A stretch of DNA of 64,000 nucleotides from Eledone cirrhosa (GCA_964016885.1 OZ024742.1:14880001-14944000), one strand, 5' to 3'. Shown: positions 40,097 to 52,677, counted from the stretch's first letter. The notes: generated from the sequence alone by a model not told the origin. Made by a program: numbers and translations.

Positions 40097-40640
40097 GGAG
40101 TAGGTAGACCCAGAAAAACTTGGGACAATTTGATAAATTCCGACCTTACACACTTGCACCTCTCTAAGACAATGTTACTGGACCGAGATCTTTGGCGCCA
40201 CGCAGTAATACAGAAGACCCACTTTGCCTATGTACAAAGCGAAACCTACAGTCAGTATGCACCTCTTAAACAAATATACACCCCCAACCCACTACGCCTA
40301 CTCCATCCTCCCACTCCCACCAACACCACGCTTTCTCTGAAAAGTTATGTTGGTACCACAACATCCAGTCCACACTAATGAGGTCGTGTAGGTGTCATGA
40401 CAAAAAACACACAGTCCACGCTATAATGTGGCCGTGTCAGTAACCTGGTAGAAAGTTCCCAGTCCACACTGTAAATGTAGTTGGTGTTAGGAAGGGCATC
40501 CAGTCGTAGAAAACCTGCCAGATAGTCCTATATGAGCGAGACACGGTCACTTGACCAATCTTGTCTCAAGTGGGACAATTCCCGTCTAACCCATGCTAGC
40601 ATGGAAGATAGATGTTAAACGATAATGATGATGATGATGA
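40097..40640 (+). mobile_element. RTE subfamily B-like 3' end fragment
   Basis: GVGRPRKTWD..INSDLTHLHL followed by the same 3' UTR and (ATG)n. Confidence 0.85.
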
Positions 40641-40829
40641 TATATATATATACGCCTCATTAAGCTAACTGCTGCCAAAACATTCTCTCCTTACAATCTC
40701 TACTAGTCTGACAGTCTTAAATCCTAAGACTCCCTCCACCTTACTCACTTCCCTCTTCCCCTTCTCTTCCTACCTCCTTCTTTATCTTTTATCTAGTGTA
40801 TAAAGTATTTTCATATCATTCCAATACAA

Positions 40830-40946
40830 AGGTCTGATGACATGGTGTGTTTGCTTACAGTGTACCTTCAGTTTATGATAATATTTTTATATTATTCAAA
40901 TAGCGAGGTATAGGTAATCCATACACTATAGAAACAATTGTTACCT
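40830..40946 (+). ncRNA. Type I hammerhead ribozyme-like motif with a long stem II
   Basis: AGGT-CTGATGA-[~90-nt hairpin]-GAAAC-AATT-GTT-ACCT followed by AATAAA. Confidence 0.5.
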
Positions 40947-41011
40947 AATAAATTCTGTATACCCGCATTTCCATTTCATAAATTTCTTCTCCATATATAT
41001 ATATATATATA

Positions 41012-41911
41012 TCATCATCATCATCATCATCATTTTACGTCCGCTTTTCCCTGCTTGCAAGGGTGGGACGGGTCTTATTCAGCACAGCATCTCTCCACTC
41101 GTCACGGTCCCTCGTCATCTCCACCGTGAGCTTCAATGATCTGAGGTCTGTTCTCACCACCTCTGCCCATGTTTTTCGTGGTCTACCTCTACCACGTCTT
41201 CCTTCAACTGGCATTTCCTGGCACTTCTTCACCCATCGGTCATCCTCCATGCACATCACATGTCCATACCACCTCAGTCTCCTCTCCCGTACACTACATT
41301 CTATCCCTCTCAGACACAGTTTCTCTCTCAACACATTTATGCTGGGTCGTTCACGCACATTTACACTGCACATCCAACGGAGCATGCTTGCCTCATTTCT
41401 CTCCAGCCGTCGCATATCCTCTGCGGTTGCTGCCCATGTCTCACTACCATGCAGCATCGCGCTCCTCACACAGGCATCATACAACCGGCCTTTCGTACGC
41501 AGGGAGAAACCCTTCTTCGTCAACAGAGGAAGCAGCTCCCTAAACTTCTTCCAACCCGTCCTTATTCTAGATACTATGGCCTCGGAACACCCTCCTCCCA
41601 TGCTAATCTGATCTCCTAGGTACCGGAAGCTATCCACCACTTCTATAGCGCCCTCTCGCATTTGAAAAATGTGTCTATCAGTGCGACTTCTACTGTCTAA
41701 TTTCCCTGTACATCTACTGCATACATATTTCTCCCTACCTGTTAGTTTGCCTGCTATCCCGCTACATCTCTTGTGTACCCAGGACCTGCATTGTGTGCAT
41801 TTTATAGAATTTATGCCAGTTCCTTTTCTGCATATCGAACATGGCCATTTCCCTGACGGAATCAGGGTTTTGTCCTCTTTTCTACTCATCAACACTTTTG
41901 TCTTAGCTAGA
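41012..41911 (-). mobile_element. RTE LINE subfamily A, 3' 0.9 kb
   Basis: 286-aa ORF near-identical to the C-terminus of the other A copies; (CAT)n tail on the plus strand. Confidence 0.95.
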
Positions 41912-41927
41912 TTTTATATATATATAA

Positions 41928-42248
41928 TGAAGGCACATGGCTTCGAAAGGTTGTGAGTTCAATTCTCAGACCGGGTGATGTGTTGTTTCCTTGAGCAAGA
42001 CACTTTATTTCACGTTGCTCCAGTTTACTCAGCTGTAGAAATGAGATGATAGGGACTGGGATCCCTATCATTCCACTGTAAAGTGGACGTAGAGGTGCCA
42101 CGGCAAAAAAGCACCCAGCACTCACTGTAAATGAGGTTGGTGTTAGGAAGGGCATCCAGCTGTAGAAATCAAGCCAGAATCAGTTCCCATCCCACCCTTG
42201 CAAGCAGGGAAAAGTGGACGTAAAATGAAATGATGATGATGATGATGA
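41928..42248 (+). mobile_element. SINE family 1 copy
   Basis: Head with a small deletion, central blocks, RTE-A tail. Confidence 0.85.
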
Positions 42249-42565
42249 ATGAAAAGAAATCAAAAATGCAACTGGAGTCTTTTTAAGAATATTTATTTGT
42301 TTCCTTTACCGGTTTCACAGTTCTTATGCTTTTCAAAAGTAGAATTGAGATGGAGGGTTTGTGAAACCGGTAAAGGAAATAAATAAATATTCTTAAAAAG
42401 ACTCCAGTTGCATTTTAGATTTCTATTCATTATACTTTCACCTGTTAAGACATGTTTTTTTTATTTAAAAAAAAAACTTATTTTCTTATATATATACATA
42501 CATATGTATACATATACATACATATATATGCATACATATACATACATATATACATACACACATAT

Positions 42566-43008
42566 ATCATCATCATCATCACCGTTTTATGTCCGTTCTT
42601 CCATGCTAGCATGGGTTAGACGGGTTGTCCTGTTGTGGGCAGTGTCCGGTCTGCTGACCTTGTCTTGCTCATACAGGAACTGATTCTGGCTTGATTTCTA
42701 CAGCTGGATGCCCTTCCTAACACCAACCTCATTTACAGTGAGTGCTGGGTGCTTTTTTTCTGTGGCACCTACACGTCAACTTTACAGTGTGGGCTGGGTG
42801 CTTTTTTGCCGTGGCACCTTCACGACCACTTTGCAGTGGAATGATAGGGACCCCAGTCCCTATCATCTCATTTCTACAACTGAGTAAACTGGAGCAATGT
42901 GAAATAAAGTGTTTTGCTCAAGGAAACAACACATCACCCGGTCCGAGAAGTGAACTCACAACCTTTCGATTGCAAGCCCAATACTCTAACCACTAAGTCA
43001 TGTGCCTT
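42566..43008 (-). mobile_element. SINE family 1 copy with alternative (RTE-C-like) tail
   Basis: Same head and core; tail matches 5460-5590. Confidence 0.8.
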
Positions 43009-43047
43009 TACACACACATATATATATATATGTGTGTGTGTGTGAAG

Positions 43048-43127
<80 letters not shown>

Positions 43128-43208
43128 ATGCATACATATACATACATATATGTACATTTATATATACATATATATATATATACATACATACATACACACA
43201 TATATATA

Positions 43209-43303
43209 TAGGGAAAGAGTCAGGACCCCGACGGCTGAGCTCCAGCTGTCGGGGTCCTGACGAAATGGCCGGAGTTCAGCCGTCGGGGTCCTGACTCTTT
43301 CCC
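43209..43303. mobile_element. Small MITE-like element with ~30-bp terminal inverted repeats
   Basis: TAGGGAAAGAGTCAGGACCCCGACGGCTGA ... TCAGCCGTCGGGGTCCTGACTCTTTCCCTA; a partial copy is at 29244-29270. Confidence 0.7.
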
Positions 43304-43497
43304 TATTACTCACTCTACTACCCAAAGTATCGAGTACTCTGGTCTGTTATGGTCCACCTGGTTTCTTACCACACTTTCTTTGTTATATATATACTTATAT
43401 ATGTAGATATATATATATATATACATACATATATATACATATATACATACATATATATACATATATATATACATACATACATATATACATACATATA

Positions 43498-43545
<48 letters not shown>

Positions 43546-43914
43546 CAGAAAATGCAATGCACACAATTGCATAGTTATATAAGCCAGTTGCATCTTTAGC
43601 TCTTCAGCCACCTAACATGCAGTTTCATGCATTAAAGTAGTACTGCACTTGTGTGAAGCCAGTTTGTGCAGCAGATGGGAGAACTGCTGTGCTGGTAAGA
43701 CGTATGTGGGACAGTAACAAAACAAAGAATGGATATGAACATGTATGTAATATATAATGAAAAGATTAACAAATTAACAATTTACAGCAGGAAAGAAATC
43801 AGAGAAAAAAAAACAAAATAAAGAGCAAAAAAAAAATGGGGACATCATCGTTTAACGTCCATTTTCCACACTACACACCACAAGGGTGTTGGAATTTCCC
43901 TCTAATAATGTTTA

Positions 43915-44030
43915 TGGCAAGCGAACAAACTTGCAGTATTGCTGTAAGTGATAGCGAGGCTAGGACGCTGGAATAACCAAGCAGCGTTTGCAAGCATCAC
44001 CTGATACCTTGGTGAGGTGAGCTGCCAAAA
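43915..44030 (-). mobile_element. Short CRE-like RLE 3' relic
   Basis: AAWLFQRPSLAIT; nucleotide similarity to 60715-60770. Confidence 0.5.
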
Positions 44031-44891
44031 ATCTTGTCAGCAATCAATATCCTTCAAACAACTCCAATGCCACACATAGGCTAAACAAAAAAAATTTGCC
44101 AACTATTCCAGGTATTTTGGGATATACATAAAAACTGAACCGTTAAACGTGTTATAATTGGAAATACAAATATGCACACATACACACACACACCAGATCT
44201 GTCAACTCTCCCCGTCTGATGGGGAGATCTCACTCACACTTTTGGGTGGGTGAAAAATGTCTTCCCTTGTGAAAATGGGTATAGCTTTCATTATGTAAAA
44301 TCTCCTCATTTTGGGGCACTTTTTTTCATGGTACTTCCTGTTTGGGTTTTTAGAGGTTGGCAGGTCTGACACACACAATATATCATCCACAAAAAGTTTT
44401 GTTATAAATTGATGAAGAAACTGAATATTACATATTCCCTCCCAATAGCAGCAACTTACATACTAACATGTATTAAAGCAACAATAATAACACAAAAAAA
44501 AAAATAGAAATTAAAATATACAAAACTATAGAGATTTCAGTACGAACTGCTTAATAGAGATCTGTTGCGGGGAAAGTCCATGTACACCCTTCTCAGTACG
44601 AAAGTCTTAATCATATGTTTAAGCTATCTGTTTACTTCAGCAATTTATTTTTATTCTCTGTGTGTAAATGTTTATTTCTTTCATTTCTTTGTCTTTTCTT
44701 TTTGTTTAAATGCCACTAGGTAGAAACAAAGAAGGAAATAATGATAAATAAGTACACACACATATTTATTTTATATTGAAAAGATTTCTACACGACTGTT
44801 TCATTCATCATCGGTTCGATTCCTGGACTGGGTGATGCGTTCTGTTCTTCAGCAAAATACTTCATTTCATGTTGCTCCAGTACACACATGT

Positions 44892-45140
44892 GAAGGCACA
44901 TAGCTTAGTGGTTAGAGCATTGGGCTTGCAATGGAAAGGTTGTGAGTTCAGTTCTCGGACCGGGTGATGTGTTGTTTCCTTGAGCAAGACACTTTATTTC
45001 ATGCTGCTCCAGTTTACTCAGCTGTAGAAATGAGATGATAGAACTGGGGTCCCTATCATTAAATCACCCAAGACACCTCCAATGAGATATACTTTGGAGG
45101 AGGCCAGCTAAACCTGGATAGGTGTGAGCTGTCACACACA
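44892..45140 (+). mobile_element. SINE family 1 variant
   Basis: Close match to 784-1030. Confidence 0.8.
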
Positions 45141-47997
45141 GAGCTGAAAATGAATATCAACAGTAGCTAGGAGTTAACCTTGCAATGGACCGGTGTCATG
45201 TCCAGGGGAAAGTTTTAATGCTGTGGAAATTGGGATAAGGCTTCAGACAGACTTTAACTCAGAAAAACTATCAAAGGCATTCTTGCCAAGGTAATCCAAT
45301 CTTTTTCTTGGACACTGTATATTTAAAACTAGATTATCCAAAGTGTCACTCTATTTTCATGACTAGGATGTAATTTGAGGGAAATTTGGCTGCTATCCCT
45401 AGCCCATTGAATTATCACAAATAGGATCACTTGTTGGCTCAAGTAGGAATGCCCAATCACTTAGCAATCTGACAACATGAGATCAATAAAGTAAGTATCA
45501 GACTTGAAAATATAAGTACTAGGGTTGATATGATTGACTAACTCATTTCATTGTGATGGTATTTTATTTATTTGCATTCCAGCTGAGGGGCTCAGGCCAT
45601 GTTGGCGCACCGTCACTGTATAATGACTAAAATCAGTGAAAGAGTATTTAGAAACGTTGGGAATGGAAGTGTGGCACTAAACAGTAGCCAAGTGAAAGAG
45701 GTTTATATAAACTCTGTGTCAAAAATCTGTTGAACCCACAGTAAAATTTACATTTCTTCATAATGTACTTCGATATTGTAAGCTTGGTGAAGGTGGCCAA
45801 GATGATCATGATGAATAAATGGAAATATACTCGACATTTCATAGATCAATGATGTTGATATAACTGCAGTTGGAAAACACATCACTTGATGCCTATGTGA
45901 ACTTCACACAACATGAAATGATAATGTATTTTAAAAGTAGAGTCTATTTCAAAATAATCATGAACTTGTGATTGAAGAAGTAACTTTGCAATCACAATCA
46001 CAGTGAAGCTAAGATGGTGGAGTAACTAAGCACCCTTATAAACATCATGTGACACCTCGGTAAGCTGAACGACCAACAATGACAGGGTCTTTGTTGTTAG
46101 CGGCACAGCTCCCCAAACATCTCAGACAAATGAAAGTAAAACCGAAGATTTTACACAAATAAAAATATATTTAGCCCAGAAAGTTACTGATGTAATACAC
46201 CTTCTTTATCTTAGACTCTAAGTTAGAAATCTGTGTAACCTTTCTTAACATGTAGCTCACCTTTTTGTTAAAATCCACTACAAAAAGCACCTAATTATTT
46301 GTTAAACCTTTTAAAACAATGTATTTTTAACAATACTCTACTACTTGACAAAGTTCCAAATTTGACAGCATTGTAGCAGACAAACAATGGTAGAAAGAAC
46401 TATTAGCAATATCAGATTAAATGTTTTTGAAAATTATCCAAAAAAATTCAACAATGATAATTTTCTAAGCTATCATAATTTCTAGTCTTTTATTTGAATT
46501 TATTTATGACTACTCCATGAAAAATTTGCAAAAGCTGATAGATTTATTTTTTTCAAATTTCATGCTTATTTTATTTCTTGGAAATAAACAAATTCTGAAG
46601 ACATGCCAAAACATTATTTATGTGAATTGGCAGTATCGGTAGAAGGTTGGACGCCATGCTTTCTAGTATAGTTACGTCCCTTTACGGTCTGAGTTCAACT
46701 TTGCCTTTCATCCGTATGGGGTCGATAAAATAAAGTACCAGTAATGTACTGGATAATTGCCAGCCTTGTGCCAAAAGTAGAAACAATTATTTATAATAGA
46801 GTGTAAAGCAACATCATCATTATTTAATGTCTATTTTCATGCTAGCATGGGTTAGATGGGTTGTCCCATTTGAGACAATTTAGATCAAGTGACCGTGTCT
46901 AGCTCATACAGAACTGTTTCTGGTTTGGTTTCTACAGCTGGATGCCCTTCCTAATGCTAACCACATTTACAGTGTGTGCTGGGTGCATTTTGTTGTGACA
47001 CCTACACAATCACTTTACAGTGCGCTGGGTGACATGACAAAAAGCACCCGACACATAGTATGAATGTGGTTGGCGGTAGGAAGGGCACCCAGCTGTAGAA
47101 ACCAAGCCAAAATCTGCCCCGGGTGAGCAAAACAAGGCTCAATCTGTCCAACCCATGAATGATGGACGCTAATCGATGAGGTTGATGATATATTTATGTG
47201 TGTATATATATGAAGTGTGTATGAATATGTATGCAAATATATATACATGTGTATATCATCATCTTGATATGTGCATGTATGTATATGTATTTATATATGT
47301 ATATTATACTGGTACCACAAAACATCCAGCCCACACTGTAAAGTGATCGTGTAGGTGTCACTGCAAAAAGCACCCAGCCCACATTGTAAAGTGGATGTGT
47401 AAAAGACATGGCATAAAGCACCCACCACACACTGTTAATGTGGTTGCCGTTGGGAAGGCCAGCTGTAGAAATCAGCCAGAAACTCTCCTATATGATTGAG
47501 ACACGGTCACCTGACCTAACATACCTCTATCACTTGGTATAAGTGGAATCCTTGGAATGAGAAGAGCTTGACCTTTGTAAGCCCCGAATATAATGGTTGT
47601 TTCAATCAAGTTCCCATGCAATCTTGTTACAACACATCTTGTTCCACTTTATTGGCCAAAATTTTCACTATAGGGGTTTTCACCATTAGGGTGTCTTGAT
47701 ATTATTGAAATTTGCTGAAATTTTGTGAATAGGTATCATATCTTGTCATTTACTTATGGTTTGAATTTCATATAAATCGAAGGGAAAAAATGTTCAGCAG
47801 GGGTTTGTGCCCCCCCCCCCCCCCCCCCCCCCCCCGGGAACCCTTTGATTAAAATGAAATATACTTATCCAAGTACCCTGGCAATGTACAATAGTTTCAG
47901 AATATATATGGTTATGGGGTCTATCTCCAAAACCATAGGAGGAGTTCATGAACAAACAAACAGACAGGAATTAAACTTTATATATAAAGATATATAT

Positions 47998-48385
47998 AAT
48001 GGCTTAATGGTTAGAGAATTGGCCTTACAATCGAAAGATTGTGAGTTCAATTCTCAGACTGGGTGATGTGTTGTTTCCTTGAGCAAGACACTTTATTTCA
48101 CATTGCTCCAGTTTACTCAGCTGTAGAAATGAGATGATAGGGACTGGGGTCCATATCATTCCACTGCAAAGTGGTCGTGGAGGTGCCACGGTAAAAAAGC
48201 ACCCAGCCCACACTGTAAAGTGGACGTGTAGGCGCCACGGAAAAAAAGCACCCAGCACTCACTGTAAATGAGGTTGGTGTTAGGAAGGGCATCCAGCTGT
48301 AGAAATCAAGCCAGAATCAGTTCCCGTCCCACCCTTGCAAGCAGGGAAAAGCGGACGTAAAATGAAATGATGAAATGATGATAAT
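47998..48385 (+). mobile_element. SINE family 1 copy
   Basis: A/B boxes, core, RTE-A tail. Confidence 0.85.
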
Positions 48386-48469
48386 GAACTGATGATCTGT
48401 AATACTAACTTTAAAAAACTGGACAACCACTCAATCACCTGTTAGTCGTGATACCACTTGCAACCTGGC

Positions 48470-48930
48470 TGGACTCTGCCAATGGTGCATACTGTCGCCG
48501 TTCCTGTTCATTATTTTCATGAACAGGATTGACATGCGCAGTCGGGTTGGAAGTGGTATCATGACTTGCAGGTGTAAAATCAGTCAGAAGGAATTTGCAG
48601 ATGACATGGTGTTACTTAACTCGACAGAAGGTGATCTCTGCACTTAATAGGTTTGATGCTGAGTGTTGCATGACTGGAATGAAAATCAGTGCTGCAAAAA
48701 CTAAGGCACACATCCTCTCACAGATGCCTGTGCAATGCACTCTACATGTGAATGGAGTTCCACTGAAGCAGGTGGAGAAGTTGAAGTATCTCAGGGCCAT
48801 GTTCACGAGTGATGAAAGGCAGGAGGCTGAATTATGTGCAATAATTGCAGGAGCTGGTGCAGTAATACGCCAGCTTCAGAGGAAGGGAGGTGTAAAAGCC
48901 AAACTCGCTATCTTCAATTCTTGCAAATTC
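48470..48930 (+). mobile_element. Old decayed RTE-type RT fragment lacking the PHD insertion
   Basis: LSPFLFIIFMNRI, FADD, MKISAAKTK..., VEKLKYL, with frameshifts. Confidence 0.7.
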
Positions 48931-48988
48931 TTACCTGCTCGAAGGAGTATTTGGGGACTCTGACCCCACAACCCTCTCAGGAATATGT

Positions 48989-49037
48989 GGAAGAAGAAGA
49001 AGAAGAAGAAGAAGAAGAAGAAGAAGAAGAAGAAGAA
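48989..49037. repeat. (GAA)n microsatellite
   Basis: Seen directly. Confidence 0.95.
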
Positions 49038-49099
49038 GGGGATCATCGACAATAGATGTCCTTTGAAGAAATGAAAGTGTCTCGTCCGATTCATATGCC

Positions 49100-49380
49100 T
49101 CTTTCCCTATTATAAGCAAACGGGGACCCACGCTCTGGCCGTCCCGCAGCCCAGATGGACAGAAAAGAAAAGCCATTTTCCCGGAGGATAGTGATGGAGA
49201 CGCGCTGAAGAGCCATTCCAATTCGCGAGGCTCGCACCTGAGGGTAGCCAACTCCGTGCCGATGGTGGTGAGCAGGAAGGTGGTCCTAGGGCCAAGGACA
49301 CCAGAGGTCTCCACTGCTACGGGCTCGATCGCAAACGTGTTGGAGAGTTTACCCTCCTCCGCTCGAGGTGCTGAGTGCGT
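49100..49380 (-). mobile_element. CRE-like RLE 3' fragment
   Basis: IEPVAVETSGVLGP...IG..LA...EPRE..WLF followed by frameshifted QRVSITILREN. Confidence 0.65.
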
Positions 49381-50386
49381 GTGTATGAACGCAGAGTGCA
49401 AAATGAATTCTGTAAATTGGATGAGATATTTTCATTTACTTCAAAGGAAACCTATTCTTAATAATATCCCTTTTTTTTTAAACGAATGTATATCCAAAAA
49501 TAAGGTATAAAAATGTTCAGACCAATGTGACGGAGCTACATAGTTTTGTAGTGCATCTGAGCACTGTACACAATAATTTTCATTATTATTATTAAAGCTG
49601 ACCCGGAAATATAAACATTACATGTAACTGTTCCTATGCAATCGTAGATTTCGTTTGATTTATTATATAAAGTTGTTTATAAAGATTTGTAAAAGATAGA
49701 CAAAGTCAGAAGGTAAGAGCTGAAAAAATATCCTTCAGAATTTATGTTAATCTTTACTGAACATTAAATTATAACTTAATTAATTAAGTACTCACCAGGC
49801 GACGTGGACCTAATTATAGAACGGAAATATAAAACCGTAACTTGAATTACAACAGTAAATAAATATCTTTTCAAATACCTAGCTACGGCAATATCATATA
49901 ATCAATTAAAATACTTTTGATAGGCCCATTTTAAGAGAGAATAAACTTCATATCTTCAATTGAAAAGTTAAAATGTTAAAAAGTTTGTTGAATTCAGGGA
50001 AAAAAATGTTTAAATAAGAAATATATTTATCGGAGACAAACACCAGTTGCACCGGGTTAATTTAATCTCTACTTAATCACCTCATCAAATTGTACTCACA
50101 TTATTTCAACTTTTATCATTTTATAATTTATTTCACGTTTAATAGATTTATCTATGTAAAAGCTAAAAGTGGTCAAACCTCTGGCTGAACTTTCATCTCT
50201 TGAAATCCGTTGTTTATTAGGATTGCTCACATGTCTAAATACCAAAGATGTCACGAAATGTTTCTTTCCAAACATTGTTCCTATATCAACAAGATATTTT
50301 TATAAAATTTGGGTGAGTCGAATTAACAAATTTAAACATATTTTGTTTGAGTGCATTGATTTTTGACTTGGTTCCTGTTATTCGCA

Positions 50387-52567
50387 ATGACTGGTTGCGT
50401 TGCTGAAATATTCCTTTGGTCTCTAGGAGGCAATGTTTACATTCCTGATAACATCACTGGTTGCCATGTATACCACGATAAAGATGAAAAACTTTCCAGA
50501 GAAGAACATCCATATTGGCAGGAAAAACAAACATATACGGAAAATCGCGAGATTACTTGGACCCTCCGTAACAAAAGACCCGAGAAACTTAGAGATACTT
50601 TGAGAGAAGCGGAGATTTTGTTAAGTCAGTATAAATGCATAAAAGCACATTGGAAAAATAATATCGTCCTTCAGATTATCTTAAGCAACGGCTATGTAAT
50701 AACCTATCTCGTTAAGCAAAATGTTGCTGATATCGAAAAAGTGCTCATCGATAAATCACTTATCGGGAAATTGAGTGGAGAATTTATTTCCGATGCTCTT
50801 CTAACCAACAGATTTATCATTTTATCTTATCCGAATATCGCTAAATTGGATTATATTTATTTTCAAAAAAGAAGCAGCGAGAGAGATGTGGGGAAGAAAA
50901 TAGAAAAGATTTCAGCTTTTGATCCTAAATTTTGTAATTTTCAAATTCCCGGACCTTCGACAAGGCGGGTAAATAGACATTTATCATACTGCTCTGATAG
51001 AAACTTTCTCTTGGTTTGGTGTTCTATCAATCCCAAGGATGGTTGTCCGTGGTCACCGCTAGTCAGTGATTGTGAACAAGCAAACTTGGTGCTGTTATCA
51101 ATAAATGGACCCCGACTAGAAGTTATTTCTTATGTTAAAACTGAATATAACCTTCTGAATGCTACTTTCAGTAGAAACAAAGCTCAACAAATAATCACTG
51201 TAGAGCTTGTTTCAAGTCGGTCAGAGGAAACAACTGTTGAAACAGGAAAATATGAAATCTTACTAAGTAAGTTACAGCAGAGTCAATCCATATCCATGGA
51301 TCTTCCCAGTCTCTTCACCTGTCTTAGTGTACATCCTTCAACAAATAGACTTCTGATTGGTTGTCAAGATGGAACTTTAGTAATGTTTGATGAAGTTTTT
51401 ATGACAATGAACTCCACACAAGCCAACATACTGCCAGTAAGTATAAAATGGCACCCAAATGGTGCTGTTGCGTTTGTTGCAAGTTCCTCTGGGAATATTC
51501 AATTATTTGATCTTGCACTCAATCACCTCAACTTTCAGTTGCTTGGTGCCCAGTTTTCTTCAGAAAAAGTATTAAAAACAGATATGTTTTTTAAAAAAAC
51601 TGTTTTCTTTCAAGATATGCAATGGAATGACTGCATCAATGATACTGAATCTTCAAAAAATTCTCAATATCTTCTATTTATATTCAATAAAGGCCCCCTG
51701 GCTGTTCTGCAGTTATATTTTGGTCTTATGAGTCAAGAGGGTTTGTCTGTGCTTGAACTGATCAAAGAATATATAAAACACCAACAACTTAATGAAGCTA
51801 CAAGCCTACTATGTTCTTTACATTGGGAAAATGATGGTCCAAGTTGTTATGCCGGTATTTCAGCTATTGCTAATCACCTTTTGCGAATGTCACTCAATGC
51901 AGAAAGAGAAAGCTATTTGGAGAAAACTTTAGGAATGTTTTATTCTCCAGTGAAAACATCAATTGCTAATATATTAGAATATCGCGATCCAATCTGTAGA
52001 CTTGCACGACGATTTTTTCATTTACTTCTCAGATATTCTCGTTTTGAAAAAGCTTTTTTACTTGCTGTTGATATTGGGAGTGAAGATCTGTTCATGGACC
52101 TGCATTACACTGCTTTAGATCACAATGAAATATCATTAGCAGAAGTTTCGAAAAAGAAGGCAGAAGAGATTCAAGATCTGTGTGTGCATTCTTCAGAAGA
52201 AGAGAGCTCTGAGTCAGAATATAATTCTGATTACTATGACACTACTTTGCATAAATATCCAAATAACTCTAACGTTATTGATAAAGTGATGGCTCATAGA
52301 AAAATTAATAAGTCTCCTAGTCTACATGAACAAGGTTCAACTCGTATCCCAAAATTAAGGTTAGGACAACAGACTGAATATATCGACAAGAGATTAACTG
52401 TTGAAGATCATTTCCATTCTACACCTTCTCATCACAGCTCTGATAATTATCATGATGCAATTGGTAAAGAATTGGTTAATGAATTAATTCAAGACTACAC
52501 AGATGCTTTACTGGACAAACCTACAAACGATGTAGATGGCAATAGTCATGTTTTTACATATTTATAA
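50387..52567 (+). CDS. WDPCP: WD repeat-containing planar cell polarity effector fritz homolog (CPLANE complex), single-exon CDS
   Basis: Uninterrupted ~726-aa ORF. WTLRNKRPEKLRDTL, IDKSLIGKL, PWSP...ANL, WHPNGA, FDLALN and EYRDPI..LARRFFH.LLRY.RFEKAFLLAVDIG..DLFMDLHY.A match WDPCP/fritz. Confidence 0.95.
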   Translation: MTGCVAEIFLWSLGGNVYIPDNITGCHVYHDKDEKLSREEHPYWQEKQTYTENREITWTLRNKRPEKLRDTLREAEILLSQYKCIKAHWKNNIVLQIILSNGYVITYLVKQNVADIEKVLIDKSLIGKLSGEFISDALLTNRFIILSYPNIAKLDYIYFQKRSSERDVGKKIEKISAFDPKFCNFQIPGPSTRRVNRHLSYCSDRNFLLVWCSINPKDGCPWSPLVSDCEQANLVLLSINGPRLEVISYVKTEYNLLNATFSRNKAQQIITVELVSSRSEETTVETGKYEILLSKLQQSQSISMDLPSLFTCLSVHPSTNRLLIGCQDGTLVMFDEVFMTMNSTQANILPVSIKWHPNGAVAFVASSSGNIQLFDLALNHLNFQLLGAQFSSEKVLKTDMFFKKTVFFQDMQWNDCINDTESSKNSQYLLFIFNKGPLAVLQLYFGLMSQEGLSVLELIKEYIKHQQLNEATSLLCSLHWENDGPSCYAGISAIANHLLRMSLNAERESYLEKTLGMFYSPVKTSIANILEYRDPICRLARRFFHLLLRYSRFEKAFLLAVDIGSEDLFMDLHYTALDHNEISLAEVSKKKAEEIQDLCVHSSEEESSESEYNSDYYDTTLHKYPNNSNVIDKVMAHRKINKSPSLHEQGSTRIPKLRLGQQTEYIDKRLTVEDHFHSTPSHHSSDNYHDAIGKELVNELIQDYTDALLDKPTNDVDGNSHVFTYL

Positions 52568-52677
52568 TTATTTAACAATAATCAAAATAACTAAAAATAC
52601 CTTACACCAACAAGGGAACTTCTATAAGGCTGCAAGCCCTGCTAGAGATAGCTGTCAAATTCCCTCAGATTACACAC

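Noticed and set aside
44202-44390. 62-aa ATG ORF
   Set aside because: No recognisable motif or splice support
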